A stretch of DNA of 64,000 nucleotides from Eledone cirrhosa (GCA_964016885.1 OZ024743.1:23622001-23686000), one strand, 5' to 3'; shown: positions 10,780-25,029, counted from the first letter of the stretch. The notes: a model not told the origin generated them from the sequence alone. Translations and numbers: made by a program.

Positions 10780-11995
10780 ATACATATATGTGTGTGTGTG
10801 GGTGTGTATATGTGTGTATGTGTGTGTGTGAGTGTATATGTATGTGAGCGTATATGTGTGTATGTGTGTGTGTGAGTGTATATGTATGTGAGCGTATATG
10901 TGTGTGTGTGTGGGTGTGTATGTATGTGTGTGTGTGTGTGAGAGTGTGTATATGTGTGTGAGTGTGTTTCATTCTCACAACAATGAAACTGATGCCAACA
11001 CGGAAGGGCATGTTTAGAAAGGAGTGATGCGAGGGACGGGGGAGAGAAATCTGTCATAAATTCAATGCTTATCAGAAAGTTTTCAATGTTTTAATATATC
11101 CTTAGTGTGTATAAGAAAGACATTGCTGCATAAAACATGTCATTGTATATTGTGTGAAGCAACATTATGTAAACATCTGACACATGATCAACCACTACAC
11201 TTGTCCAAACTAGTTGGGGAGGGACCCTAAGCTTGCTACTGTAAATCACAACCCAGAACATACTATATAGGCATCAAAATACTGTTCTAGCAAAACTACC
11301 AATCACCAACACTAATGACACCAACACCTCAAGTCTTCATAACCAGTGACCAGGTCGCAGGCACATATATAAACACATAAGCATATACTCATACACATAT
11401 ACAAACACATACACATATATACACATATATAAACACATAAGCATACACTCATACACATATACAAATACATACACATATATGTATATACACATATACAAAT
11501 ACATAAGCATACACACATTCACATATACAAGCACATAAGGATACACACATACACACATGCAAGCACATAAGCATACACATATATACACATATATGTATAT
11601 ACACATGTACAAACACATAAGCATACACACATACACATATACAAGCACATAAGGATACACACATACAACATGCAAGCACATGAGCATACACATACAAATA
11701 CATAGGCATACACACATACACATATACAAATACATAAGCATACACACATACACAAATACAAATACATATACACATACACAAACATATAGGTATACACACA
11801 TACACATATACAAATACATATACACATACACATATACAAACATATAGGTATACACACATACACATATACAAACGCAGGCAGGCTTACACACATAGACATA
11901 TACAAACACACAGGCATACACACACATATACAAACACATAGGCATACACACATACATACACATATACAAATACAGGCATACACATAGATACACTT
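10780..11995. repeat. GT-rich (10780-10965) and CA/TA-rich (11360-11995) degenerate microsatellites
   Basis: Direct inspection. Confidence 0.85.
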
Positions 11996-12004
11996 CAGTA
12001 GAAG

Positions 12005-12160
12005 TCCATCAATTCAATGATGAATATTCCAGTTGTTAAATCAACAGAATATGCTGCTCATGAAATTAACATGTAAGTGGCTGAGCATTCCACAGTGATA
12101 TGTACCGTTAACATAGTTCTCAGGGTGATTCAGCATGACACAGTGTGTGACAAGGCAAAG
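12005..12160 (-). mobile_element. Degenerate SINE family C 3' part
   Basis: gaaattaacatgtaagtggctgagcattccacag...tgacaagg is shared with 29080-29320 and (opposite strand) 34880-35035. Confidence 0.6.
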
Positions 12161-12734
12161 ATGCACATTCATACCTTCAAAGCATGTTCTCTCTCTCTTA
12201 CACACATGCACACAAACATACTACTGCATATGTATAGGTACATATATATATATACACCAGTGACATAGTAAGTGGGAGGTGGGGGTAAAGTACCAGTAAT
12301 GCATTGGGTTTGATTTAATCGATTTTCCCCTTCCCTTTAAATTGCTAGCCTTGTGCCAAAAGTAGAAACAATTCTATTAATTTTTTTTTCTTTTTTGCAA
12401 TAGTATATATACAATATGCATGAAGGTGGCAAATTGGCAGAGTCATTAACACGTATTCATTCTACTTCATTCTACTTCATTGCACGCTTGAGATCAAATC
12501 CTGCCATGGTCAACTTTGCCTTTCATCCTTTCAAAGTCAATAAAAAAATTACCAGTCCAGTACTCTGGTCGATTCTTCCTCTATAGAAAAAATCGGCTAT
12601 GTTCAGGCCTGGAGAGGGTTGGAAAGTGTCCTAGGTATGATGGTGCCTCTATTACTCCTTAAGGAGTTATGGGATCTTTATCCTTTATCCTTATGTATAT
12701 CAGACAAAGCTGGAGCAGCCTAGTTATAATAAAT

Positions 12735-12971
12735 AATTGTTTCTACTTTTGCCTTTCATCCCTACGACCTCGTAGGGATGAAAGGCAATTGTTTCTACTT
12801 TTGGCACAAGGCCAGCAATTACCCAGTGAATTACTGGTACTTTATTTATCGACCCCGTAGGGATGAAAGGCAAAGTTAACCTCAGCGGGATTTGAACTCA
12901 GAATGGCAAGGGCCGTAACTCTATGCGTCAAAGCATGGCATCCGACCCTCTACCGATACTGCCAACCCACC
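12735..12971 (-). mobile_element. SINE family A with a fold-back duplication at its 3' end
   Basis: Full copy at 12787-12971, preceded by a duplicated tail and a perfect hairpin at 12751-12786; agttataataa flanks both sides. Confidence 0.8.
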
Positions 12972-13657
12972 AGTTATAATAATAATATAATAGTAGAAAC
13001 AATTATAATAATAATATAATATATAATGAAAATTATTGTGTACAGTGCTCAGGTGCACTACATGTGTCCTTCTCAAGAGATACAACATGATGTCTGTGGT
13101 TGTTGTAATAATAAGATTTGAATTCATGACTATATGGTCAGTAGTTCAGCAACTTGATCTTTCAGCTATTTAATTAATTTAAATTAGATAACAGGTATGT
13201 TTAAGTACAATCATTAATTCAAGTTTAATTATTTTGTTTCTTCTATGATCCGAGACATCTTAAAAATCAATGTTGTACTCGTATGAGATGAAAAGCACAG
13301 ACAATAAAGATAGGATGACATTGGTTTGGTCTGAATGGAATCAAAATTTTGTGTAAATGAAAATGTCAAATATCTATATATAACCCATGCCAGCGTGGAA
13401 AAATGGACGTTAAACATTGATGATGATGATGATGCTCAATCTTAGTGGGCTAGTGATTAGGCCATATTATAAAGCACACAAAAGAATCACTGTATTAAAT
13501 AATTTCACCAATCCTTCCCCCTCAGAACTGTAGAACTCTGGATTTACTCTTGCCCACATTTTTCTTACAAACATCAACTTATAGATGTTCAAAGTCATTA
13601 GTCTCATAAATGAATCAACTTCGAACAGAAATGAAAGCAAACTGTGCAGTTAACATC

Positions 13658-13904
13658 TTCTTCTTCTTGCTCTTGCTCAACAAGGCCAGGGTCATCCTAA
13701 GCGAGTGATCCCGAAGCATCATCATAGATAGAGTCGACCAAGTCCACCAGCACTCTCCATCGCTGGCAGTCCTGTGCCAGCTCTTCTGCATCGCCGAGTC
13801 GCCAGAGATCTTCCCTGATGATATCCAGCCATCTGGTGCAGGTCCTGCCGTAGGGACCTCTTCCAGCCTGCAGCCACTGTGTCAAACGAAAGTAAGGCCC
13901 TGAT
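13658..13904 (-). mobile_element. 5'-truncated RTE-like LINE end with (AAG)n tail and 10-bp TSD
   Basis: Translation GR..TRWLDIIREDL...AQD.QRWR resembles an RTE C-terminus; agttaacatc at 13648-13657 and 13905-13914. Confidence 0.75.
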
Positions 13905-14247
13905 AGTTAACATCCCACTACATTTTTGTTATCTTTCTCAAACTAAGAGAGAATTTGAATTAAGAATATTTTCATCTTATTTATCTAAATCAATGTCATT
14001 GGTCCATTTAAGTTATATCCTTTAGTTTTACAGGGTCGATAAAATAAAGTACCATTAATGCACTGGGATAATTGCTGGCCTTGTGCCAAAAATAGAAACA
14101 ATTATTTTAATTATAGAAATTATTACTGGCTTAAAATCTTCATGTGTTCTTTTTCTATAAGTAAGCATTTGTCAAGTAATCAAAGCAGGCTTAAGTATAT
14201 TATGTCATAATGATGTGGTCCAAATATATTAAAACATGCCTGTAACC

Positions 14248-15140
14248 AGGACCAGATTTAGACTCGCGAGGGTGGAGGGGAGGAACCTCTTCCAATTTGG
14301 GGAGTCCCTAATACACAAAATTTAAAATACACAGCAAACATATAATTTACATAAACTCTTCTGTCATAGCCTGATGAATTATAATGAATAGTAGTTGGCT
14401 AAGAACCAAACCCTGATGAACTCTTACCTGTACCTTGAATTCTTCACTAAACTCACTTTCTACTCACACTTTGCTGACAGTTCCTCTGTACTTGGCTTGC
14501 ATTGCCCTCACCAGCAATTCTTCTACACCTAATTTCCTAAATTTGGAGTAAAACAGTCTGTTGTGATGGAGTGATACATGACCTTAGTTTGGAAAATACT
14601 TCAAAATGGATCATTTCTTCTATTAAAAAATTACTAAAATAACAGAAGAAAACAGTGATAAGTTTCGCAGCTTCAGTTCTATATCTAAACCAGGCAAGCT
14701 ACATAAGTTTACTATGACGTTGAACTTATTATGCATTAATTTGTAAGCTACCTTGCATTTTGGTAAGGCATCAGAAAACTAATCTAAAATGACATTGGAA
14801 GTTCTGTGTCTGAATTTTTCTCTTGAGGAAAGGACAACTTCCTCTGAGACCGATGCTGGATTTGCATTATAATGATTATTTTTCTTTCTTGGTCTACCTG
14901 TTGCTACTTTGTAGTCTGTGATGACATAGAAGGTCTTAGCATCCAGTACCAACTCTTCATACTTATCCTTAAGAGATTTCAGAAATGTTTCCAGAGAATC
15001 AATTTAGATCCACCACTTTTTCGAGGTTAACTTCATCTCCTTGAAGTATAATTGTCTTTGTTTTTGTCTATTGACTTGATTACCTCCTTACTTGGGTGTC
15101 AAATCAAGTAATGCAGAAACCACAACAGCAAGGGAACATA
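14248..15140 (-). mobile_element. Degenerate hAT transposon relic interrupted by an old RTE fragment (~14430-14545)
   Basis: TIR-like caggaccagatttag at ~14246; minus-strand stop-riddled peptide (...QEKKFR..TSNVILD...AY...FLIEEMIHF) resembles a hAT transposase C-terminal half. 14430-14545 matches the reverse complement of 22280-22395. Confidence 0.4.
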
Positions 15141-16311
15141 GACTTTTTTTTATATTAATGATTACCAAGTAAAGTCAAACAATTTTTTTTTCACCATCAT
15201 TGTTATCATCATTTAATACCTATTTTCCATGCTAGCAAGGAACCAGTACTCAAATAGAGCTACTGACCTATCAAATGGACCAGGAATCTGTCTCACTTAC
15301 ATACATTCCTACTCTCTTCTGAGTTCATTCTATCACAGTACCAGTACTAGGTAACTTGCCATGCCTCAGATACAGCTGAGTAGTCCTCCTGACCAGAGGC
15401 CTAACTATAGAAAATAGCGCCTATGGCAAGGAGTGAATAGCACACTGCCCAGCACCTATGGAGGTCTAATAATTTATATAAATGGTTTAATGATCCAGCC
15501 ACCATAGTGTTCTCACTCATGATAATCAGAGAGATCACACATCTGAAGAAGTTTTTATTTTCATTCTCCAATAAGACTTATTTGACTTTAATAGAACATG
15601 TTCCTAGTCCAAGTGGCGCCCTCTTCATGTGACATCTATGGCACTTGTCATGCTTGCCCAGCCTCTGCTCCTGACCCTTTGTTTGGTAAGTTTTCTTTAG
15701 CTAGATACCCTTCCTATCCCCAACTTGATTACCTATTTACTAGGATGCCAATTCTAGTAATTAGAAACTACAGTAGTGATGAAAAATAGATTTTTTTTTG
15801 TTAAATTACTGATTACTAAGAAAATTAAAAAATATACCTTTTTAATTTTCAAAATTTGGATATCTTTATAAGGAGAAAATGAAACCAATTACATATAAAA
15901 TAAAATCCATTAGAAATGCATTCATATAGACATAGTTACATAGCAACAGAGTTTATTTTAGCTATTAATGGCTCTAGTAGTTAGTAGTACAAAGTACATT
16001 GAAATATTTCTTTTTGTTTTCATTTGTTAGGCTGGTTAATATTAGGTCAAATATTTCTTCCAATTATGTGACAGAACAAGAGTTCACACCAAACCTTGCT
16101 GTACTGGTGTAAAATATGATTTTGTCATTTCATTTTTAAATACTTAACATCTATCTCTATAACTTTATATTCACCTATTAGTCAATCTAGCTATCTATCT
16201 ATATCTTCTCAACTTCTCTCTTCGTTTATCTATCTACATAGTTACCCATGTTTCAGTGCAACCTGTCACTAGTAGAATTTTCAAAATGTATTAAGTCATA
16301 ACATTCTATAC

Positions 16312-16646
16312 CAGAGGTTCTCAAAGTGGGCACTACTGTTCCCTGAGGAGGGGGGCATTGAGAAGATCCAGCGGGGTGCTGGGGTCTAAGGGGGTGGTGA
16401 GGGGAGCAGTAGATGGGATATAATAGTATATTAGATATCAAATGATACATATTATATGAAAATATAGTCAAATAAAAAATATATAATATTTATTTATACA
16501 TAGTATATATTATATTATTTATTATTTATTATATATTAATTACAATTTGGGTGTAGGCAGGTTTCTCTGGAAATAGGGTTGGAAGCCTAGAGAGTATTAT
16601 GTGGCCATGAGGGGGAGCAATGGCCTAAAAGGTTTGAGAACCTCTA
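16312..16646. mobile_element. hAT (Charlie-like) MITE
   Basis: TIRs cagaggttctcaaa / tttgagaacctcta; imperfect 8-bp TSD ttctatac / ttctacag. Confidence 0.75.
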
Positions 16647-18030
16647 TTCTACAGAAATGACCTTGAGAAAGGAATGAATGTCTCATAAACTCATCTTATT
16701 TCCTATCCTCTATAAATCTGAGACTTTCTTATTATATAAGAAATCAATATTTTTACTAATATTCGTAAGACATTCACAAGCCCCTTGCCCCATCTTATCC
16801 CCATGTCCCCTTCTACCAGAACCCCCTATCAACTATCGTCACCATCACTACACACCCCCATTTGTCCGTGCCCCGCTCTTGTTTTCATTCTTTAGCTGCT
16901 GCCTGCATCCCCCGAACCCCAAACAATTCCTCAGATACCCTCACCATTGTACTCTAGTAGCTACTCTCTTCACTTCAATGACCCCCACCCATGTCCCTCC
17001 ACTATCCCCTCTTAGCTATTTTCTCCATCACTACACCTTCTCCCCCTTCCCCTGGCACACACCACTGCATTCCCTTCCCCACTCATCACCCTGTCAAATC
17101 ACACCACACTTGCCATAACTTCCCACTTATCTCCCTTCTATTGCCCCCTTTACCCACAGAACAAGGGACAAGAACCAACACGGTACACCTTGTAAGGTGG
17201 TTGGCAACATAAAGGGCACCCCATTTTAGAAACCATGACTGTAGAAAAGAAAAGAAATTGGGGGTGGAGAGGACCCTACAATCATGTCACAGCATGACAA
17301 CTTCTCTAGTATTGGTGATAGGAAGGCATCCAGCATTAAAAAGCTAACCAAACACAGGGCTGTCAGAACCCTTCAATTGTGATAACCACTTAAGAACCTC
17401 TTCTGTACATTCAATAGAATGTAAGACACATGTATGTGAGATTCAGACCCACCTGGCCTGTCTGAGAGATCAGTAACCCCACTTCAGTACTCACAAGGTA
17501 TATGTAGACCTGTCCAACCATTGCTAGCAGGGAAAGTAGACATTAAAACAATGACGATGTGTGTGTGAATATATTGATTGCATGTTCATATTAGGATTAT
17601 GTGAAAGATTTTGTTATTTAGAAAAAGTCTTTACTCAAAATAAGATTAAGAATTTCTTGTATATTCACATGTGTGCATGTGTGTTTGTATGTCCAAGTGT
17701 GTTTGTGTGCAAATGTGTTTGTGTTTCTGTATATATATGTCTGTTTTTAAATATATGTCTGTGAAAAATCCAAAATGTATGTGTTTATGTAATTTTAACT
17801 GGAAACCTCAAAGTCCAAGTGAATTTCTTGAGAAGGGGACAGAGGAGTAGAAATTGGGTAGAGAGAATGAGGGAGAGAGGGAACAAGAGCAAGAGAAAAA
17901 GCAAGAGAGAGAGAGAGAGAGAGCGAGAGCAAGAGAGAGGGAGAGGGAGAGAGGGGGAGAGAGAGAGAGAGAGAGAGAGAAAAACCAACATAGATTTATA
18001 TTTTGTTAGGCATTGATTTCTTTATATTCC

Positions 18031-18062
<32 letters not shown>

Positions 18063-18114
18063 CTGTTTTACGTCCACTTTTTCATTAGGTTTTTTTTAAA
18101 ATCCCTTCTCATAA

Positions 18115-18995
18115 TCACCACCACAACCACCACTATAACTACCATGACTACCATCACCATAGTCTCCAACACTTACTGTCAACACCAGCACAAACCATAA
18201 CCACTACCACAATTACCACCACCACCACCACCACCACCACCATCACTACCACCACCACCACCACCACTACCACCACCATCACTGCCGCCACCACCATCAC
18301 CACCACCACCACCACCACTACCACCACCACTACCACCACTATCACTGCCGCCACCACCACCACTACCACCACCACCACCACCATCACTGCCGCCACCACC
18401 ATCACCACCACCACCACCACCACCACCACCATGACAACTGCCGCCACCATCACCACCACCATCACCACCACCACCACCACCACCACTACCACCACTATCA
18501 CTGCCGCCACCACCACCACTACCACCACCACCACCACCACCACCACCATCACCACCATCACAGCCGCCGCCGCCGCCACCACCACCACTACCATCATCAC
18601 CACCACCACTACCACCACTGCCGCCACCACCACCACCACCACTACCACCACCACCACCACTACCACCACTACCACCACCACCACCACCACCACCACTACC
18701 ACTACCACCACCACCACCACCACCACCACCACTACCACCACTATCACTGCCACCACCACCACCACCACCACCACCACCACCACCACTACCACCACCACCA
18801 CCACCACCACCACCACTACCACCACCACCACCACCACCACTACCACCACCACCACCACCACCACTACCACCACTGCCGCCACCACCACCAACACCACTAC
18901 CACCACCACCACCACTACCACCACTACCACCACCACCACCACCACCACCATCACTGCCGCCGCCACCACCACAACCATCATCACCACCACCACCA
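18115..18995. repeat. (CAC)n degenerate trinucleotide array (~880 bp)
   Basis: CAC with TAC/CAT/CGC variants. (GA)n at 17860-17980 and (TCT)n at 19240-19346 lie nearby. Confidence 0.95.
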
Positions 18996-19349
18996 TTTCT
19001 GCTATAACCTCTGTCCCTTGTCCATATGTTAATTATGCTATAACTGGTAGCTGCCATATTTTTCTTTAACTTATGGGTGATTGGAATTTATAAAATCTAT
19101 TTATTGCAATTGCATGAATTCCATACATTATTTATGTCATACTTATTGAAATTCTACACCTTTTTCAATTCTTTCCTCTCCATTATTTCCAGTTAAATAA
19201 GTTAAGGTGTGATGTATTGAAAGCCATACACACAGAAATTCTTCTTCTTCTTCTTCTTCTTCTTCTTCTTCTTCTTCTTCTTCTTCTCCTTCTTCTCCTT
19301 CTTCTTCATCTTCTTCTTCATCTTCTTCTTCTTATTCTTCTTCTTCACA

Positions 19350-20354
19350 CTTAATATATATATATACATAAATGGCAATTTCTGTCTGTGTGGATTTGTT
19401 TGTGAACCTAAAACTCAAAAACTACCAAACCGATCTTGATGAAACTTGACACGCGTATGGCTCTCATGCCCATTTTATTTCTTACGTACTTTGAAGTTCA
19501 AAAAAATCGATAATTGCCAGTCTGCGTCGATTTTTTATAAATCAATAGGACATTTGCATGCAAATGCTCATATGAATGTTATTTTCTGCCATAACTTTTA
19601 AAGTTCTCGACCGATTTCCTTCAAAATTGAAACACAGATAAATTATGTGCTAAGGATGGCTTTAGGCTAAGAAAACATTATTCCAGAAACTCGCGGAAGG
19701 CAAAAATCCGCACAAACCTATTTTTCATTTGGTTTGTTTCTTCTGATATGAACAACCAATTTGCTTTAAACTGTACAGGTGCATTATTTATGTATCAATA
19801 AGGTGTTAAAAGTTTCTCCAGTGCACCTTAATAAAGCGAAAACACCGCAAATATCGAATGTCACAAATGCTTTTTACAAACATCATAGATACACCACTTA
19901 TGTGCAGTGGATGGTTTTCTCCAGCGGGACAGAGGGCTGTGCAACAATGGGATGGATAACAATTGAATTTGCCCTCTATGGCCCGAGTTTTACCCAGACA
20001 AATGGGATTTATGGGCTCTGGTTGGGTAATGCAGAACCCTTTGCGAATCAAATATAAATCTACAAAGGGCCACAGTTGACACGCGGGCCGTAATGATATT
20101 TAAAAATTACCTACACACCCTAGGCTGTGTCATCTTTGCTGCTAACATGCGTATATTTAACCGAATGGAACATCTTATGGGATGGATAGAAGACCTCTGC
20201 AGGTCGCATTAACCAGTTGGCCGTGATGTGGACATCCCCGACGATGACCGTGTTTCCCTATAAGACTTAATTCAACCGAGAGCTTCATCAAGTGTTATTT
20301 CTGCACAAACAATTGTTTTACTTAAACCCTAGCAACGCTGGGTACCTCAGCTAG
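19350..20354 (+). mobile_element. Non-autonomous Helitron-like element (~1 kb)
   Basis: 3' subterminal hairpin ccctagc-aac-gctggg followed by a terminal CTAG (20351-20354) and T. The 5' part ctgtctgtgtg...aaccgatcttgatgaaacttgacac is typical of Helitron-derived repeats; no TSD. The 5' boundary is approximate. Confidence 0.65.
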
Positions 20355-20435
20355 TATATATATATAAACAATGAGTTAAAGAGTTATAAAGTTATATCTT
20401 TCGTTTTTTACTATTATTATTATTATTATATATAT

Positions 20436-21653
20436 GCTTTTGTCGACTTGGAGAAAGCCTTCGACAGAGTCCCCTGTTCCATTATCTGGTGGGCTCTTAG
20501 AAAACTAGGTGTTGATGAATGGCTTGTGAGAGCTATACAAGCCATGTATAAAGAAACAGTCAGCAAGGTTAGAATTAACAACGAATATAGTGAAGAGTTT
20601 AGCGTAAAAGTTGGCGTCCATCAGGGCTCTGTTCTCAGCCCCCTACTATTTATTATTGCCCTTCAGGCTATAACAGAGGAGTTCAAGACCGGTTGCCCAT
20701 GGGAACTCCTATACGCAGATGATCTAACACTCATAGCTGAATCAATGGCCGAGCTAGAGAAGAAATTCCAAACATGGAAGCACGGCCTAGAATCAAAAGG
20801 CCTTAAAATTAACCTGGCTAAGACTAAAGTTCTAGTTTGTAAGAAAGAAAATAAGGTGGCGGTCCCTTCCGGGAAGTGGCCATGCTCAGTGTGTAGGAAA
20901 GGCGTAGGTAGGAACTCCATTTTGTGTCCCAAATGCAAAGTATGGGTGCATAAAAGATGTAGTGGGATCACAGGTAAGCTAACTAAGAACATAGATTTTA
21001 CATGTGGCCGGTGCTCTGGTGCAATAAGTAGCAGCAAGTGCCCACAAAATACTAGCTCTTTCAACTGCGCAGAGAGTTCTATAGGAATAGTGGACAGCTT
21101 CCGTTACCTGGGTGACAAAATCAGCAGTGGGGGAGGGTGCTCTGAAAGTACAGTAGCTAGAGTCAGAACTGGATGGAAAAAGTTCAGAGAGCTTATACCA
21201 CTATTAGCCGCTAAAGGGTTCTCCCTAAAAATGAAAGGCAGGTTGTATGATGCCTGCATATGAACAGCAATGTTGCATGGCAGTGAGACCTGGGCATTGT
21301 GTGCAGAAGATATACGCAGACTAGAGAGGAACGAAGCTTGCATGCTCCGCTGGATGTGTAATAGTAATATACGTGAACGGCAAAGCATAAACGAACTAAG
21401 GAAAAATTTGGAAATAAGAGGGATCAGATGTTGTTTACTCGAGAGAAGGCTACGTTGGTATGGTCACGTGATGCGCATGAAAGATGATAGCTGTATAACA
21501 AAGTGCAGGGCAATAAAGATAGACGGTAGTCACGGAATAGGCAGACCCAGTAAAACCTGGGACGACCTGATAAATTCCGACATCACACACTTACACCTCT
21601 CCAAGACAATGTCATTGGCCCGAGACCTTTGGCGGTACTCAGTAACAGAGAAG
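20436..21653 (+). mobile_element. 5'-truncated RTE family A LINE fragment (RT C-half, PHD-type finger); nonsense codon at 21261
   Basis: ORFs 20448-21263 and 21270-21713: DLEKAFDRV, GVHQGSVLSPLLF, LLYADD; very similar to 59164-60380. Confidence 0.92.
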
Positions 21654-23400
21654 TATGTTAGAAATGACACTGGTTCAATTCACAGTGCTGATGCCCAAAA
21701 GAATGAGGGCTGAAAATGTTACTATGAAAGGCTGGTAAACGTAGAGAATGAATGGGAGGATAGACTACTTACAACTTACCCAACAGAAGCACCAGCTACT
21801 GTAATTGACAGTTCTAAGGTCAAAGAAGCAATCAAGGAGATGAAGAAGGGTAAAGCCATGGGACCATCAGAGATAGTCATTGAGATGCTAAAGGCATCTG
21901 GAGAAGTTGCAGGTGAACTAGTCAATCAGGTAATACAGGACATAGTCATACCCAATGACTGGTGCAGCAGTACAATCATAAATTACTATGAGGGTAAAGG
22001 TGATGCTCTAGAAAGAAGCAGCTACAGAAGAATAAAACTAATGGATCAAGTTATGAAAGTGATGTAAATGGTTCAAGCACAGCTAATTAGAGAAAGAGTC
22101 AAATCAGACAAGATGCAGTTTGGTTTTATGCCTGTGAAATTACTACAGATGCCCTCTTCTGAGTGAAACAATTACAAGAGAAGTTCCTTGATAAGAATAA
22201 GCCACTATATTTAGCTTCTGTTGATCTAGAAAAAGCCTTTCACAAAGTAACTTGATCTGTTATCTAGTGGTCCTTAAAAAAAATAATTGCGTAGAAGAAT
22301 GGAATGTGAGAGCAATGCAAACCATGTGCAGAGGAGCTGTCAGTAAAGTGAGAGTAGGAAGTGAGTTTAGTGAGGAATTCAAGGCACAGGTAGAAGTTCA
22401 TCAGGGTTCAGTTCATTATAGTTCTCCAAACCATAACAGAAGAGTTAAAAACTGGCTATCCATAGGGATTTCTTTATGCAGATGATCTGGTCCTTATAGT
22501 TGAATCCATAATAAAACTAAAGAATAAGTTATGACAATAGAAATAGAATTTACAATCAAAAGAGCTGTAAGTAAACTAAGAAAAAACTAAAATACAGGTG
22601 AACAGGAAAGAAGACAGGATCCTGACACCACCAGGGAAATGGCCCTACTCAATATGCAGAAAATGAGTAGGCAGAAACTCTATACAATGCACACATTGTA
22701 AATCTTGGGTACAGAAGAGGTGAAGTGGAATAACAGGCAGACTAACAGGAAGGGAAATTTTATATGTAAAAGATGCACAGGGGTAATTGAGGGGAAGAAC
22801 ATCAGCAATATAAACCTTTTCTAATTACATGAAGGATCCATGGAAATGATTGATAGCTTTTGCTACCTAGGTAACCTAATTAACAGTAGAGGGAGGGTGC
22901 TCTGAGAGCATAACAGAATAAGGAGAGAATGGAAGGAGTGTAGAGAGCTACTCCTAGTGTTGACAACAAAAGGTTTCATCATACGTACAAAAGGATGGCT
23001 GTATGATGCCTGTGTGCAAAGTGTGAAGCTGCATGGTAGTGAAACATGGACAATGACTGCAGAGAACATGACTAGAAAATAAAGTAACCATGGTTCATTT
23101 CATGTACAATGTAAATGTGAGAGAAAGACAGAGTTTGGATGAACTGAGGGAGAAATTGGGTTTAAGAGGAATCAGAAGAGGTGTGCAAGATACATTGATA
23201 CAGGCATGTGATGCACACATGGATGATGATTATTGGGTGAAGAAGCGTCAGGAAATCCCAGTGGAAGGAAGCCGTGGTAGAGGTAGATCAAGGAAGACTA
23301 GGGTGGAAGTGGTGAGAGCTGATCTCAAATTGCTGAGACTCACAGAGGAGATGATGTTGTGCTGAAAAGGACCTGTTGCAAGTTAGATAAAATAGATGTA
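21654..23400 (+). mobile_element. Old, heavily mutated RTE LINE fragment
   Basis: Broken ORFs (MKKGKAMGPSEIVIEMLKASG, KLMDQVMKV, GSRGRGRSRKT) are collinear with the 52633-55176 protein. Confidence 0.85.
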
Positions 23401-23792
23401 AGAATGATGCTGCTACTGCTACTGATATATATATATATATATCAGACATATATATTATCATCCTCATCATCACCGTTTTACATCCATTCTTCCACGCTAG
23501 CATGGGTTAGACGGGTTGTCCTGTTGTGAGCTGACCTTGCCTTACTCATTGGTATCTTTAATGTGCATAACTTCGCTTTTTGCATTCCATTCCCTTTGAC
23601 ACCACTTGCATTAACACCAGATCATTCACTCTTCTGAACTATATACACCAAATTCGTATTCTTACCTACCCATTTCCTGACTCATATATAGACACCTTTC
23701 TGATTTTAAACCCATCCTTCAAGTGGCCTTCACAGCTTTTTCAACTGACTGTTTGACTACTATCTAATCAAATCAATATATATATATATTAC

Positions 23793-23978
23793 TTGTTTCT
23801 ACTTTAGGCACAAGGCCAGCAATTACCCAGTGCATTACTGGTACTTTATTTTATCGACCCCGTAAGGATGAAAGGCAAAGTCAACCTCGGCGGGATTTGA
23901 ACTCAGATCGTAAAGGGACGTAACTATGCTTGAAAGCATGGCGTCCGACCCTCTACCGATAGTGCCAATCCACCGCCC
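23793..23978 (-). mobile_element. SINE family A copy inserted in (TA)n
   Basis: Reverse complement of 26533-26712; atatatatatatattact on both sides. Confidence 0.88.
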
Positions 23979-24629
23979 TTATATATATATATATTACTAC
24001 TAGATTACAACATATGTCATAAACAGTCAGCTGGTCAAACTTCTGTCATTTCTATACTAACTTGACAGCATATGTACTTCATCTCTGACCTATTTAAGAC
24101 AAACATGTGAGTGAGTGACTGACTGTTACCATTCTCCTTGACACATTCAAAGCCCACAAGCCTGAAATAATTCATATCCTTTTCACCAGCCCTCAACCAA
24201 GATGGCTCTGTCAGTAAACTCCTACTGATAAAGCCACCTTATTTGCTACCTGTTTTACTTCAAACTCTACCTCACGTAAACATACCAAAATTGCTTTTAA
24301 ACTCTATCTCCCAACACTGTACACAGAGTTATCAAAAGTGAGAATTTCTCCAAACATTCCAACCAAATAATGTAGTTAATTCTGTCTTGGTGTGTAGTGT
24401 GGTTTAGGGGTTGTAGTGAAGTTTAAGAGATGTAGTGTGGTTTAGGTGCTGTAGTGTTTGTCTAGGTGTTATAGAGTGATTTAGGGGTTGTAATGTGATC
24501 TAGGTATTATAGTAGTATATCTGGGTATTTGAGAGTGACTAGCATATAGTAGCAAGGTTGGTGGAGATTGGAGCTGGCTGTGAGGAGTGTTTTTGTTTCC
24601 TTGGTCTGTAGATGAAATATGTGATTATG

Positions 24630-24800
24630 ATTGTTGCTCAGACCCAGCTCAACCCTAGTTGAGCAAACCTACGATCAAAGGTACTTCAGCCATGACTACC
24701 CCATGTTTCTTCCAAATTCGTCCTTCCTTGTTTTAAAATGGTAGGGTGTGATTTGAGGATATTTGTCTGTTATTTCTAGCAGGTCACACAAACATATAGT
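24630..24800. repeat. Dispersed repeat family D (SINE-like, unclassified)
   Basis: tgttgtt..gcccca.gtca...gatcaaagg.attccagccatgacca...agggtgtgatttgag...gctatttctagcagg. Related copies at ~32405-32600, ~33350-33530 (inverted), ~33660-33745 (inverted) and ~35935-36260. Confidence 0.6.
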
Positions 24801-24885
24801 GACTCATTTGTTGATTTACTGTTGTTGTTTAGTTTAAAACTGGCCCTGACCAAGCAAATCTAGGGTTTAAAAAAACTATTACAGC

Positions 24886-25029
24886 CAGTGCCAAATTTAC
24901 CATTGTGCTTAGGTGTGCTTAAGCATACAGCCCCGTTGGCCAGGGGAGCCCATCTTCCAGTAGCGTCTACCAGGCCTACCTTCTTCAAGGCCCAAGTAAG
25001 AGGCCTCATCTGTCCTAAATCCGGCACTG
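24886..25029. mobile_element. 144-bp hAT MITE with perfect 8-bp TSD
   Basis: TIRs cagtgccaaattta / taaatccggcactg; attacagc at 24878-24885 and 25030-25037. Confidence 0.88.

Noticed and set aside
18154-19069. Poly-Val, poly-Gly and poly-Thr ORFs (mucin- or glycine-rich-like)
   Set aside because: All are frames of one (CAC)n microsatellite; no splice or domain evidence.
23520-24360. Possible CR1-like LINE remnants
   Set aside because: Only faint peptide hints (IG.FNVH); too degenerate to support without a profile search.
24370-24560. Interstitial telomere-like sequence (ttagg)
   Set aside because: Degenerate ~19-20-bp tandem with isolated ttagg(g), not consecutive TTAGGG units.
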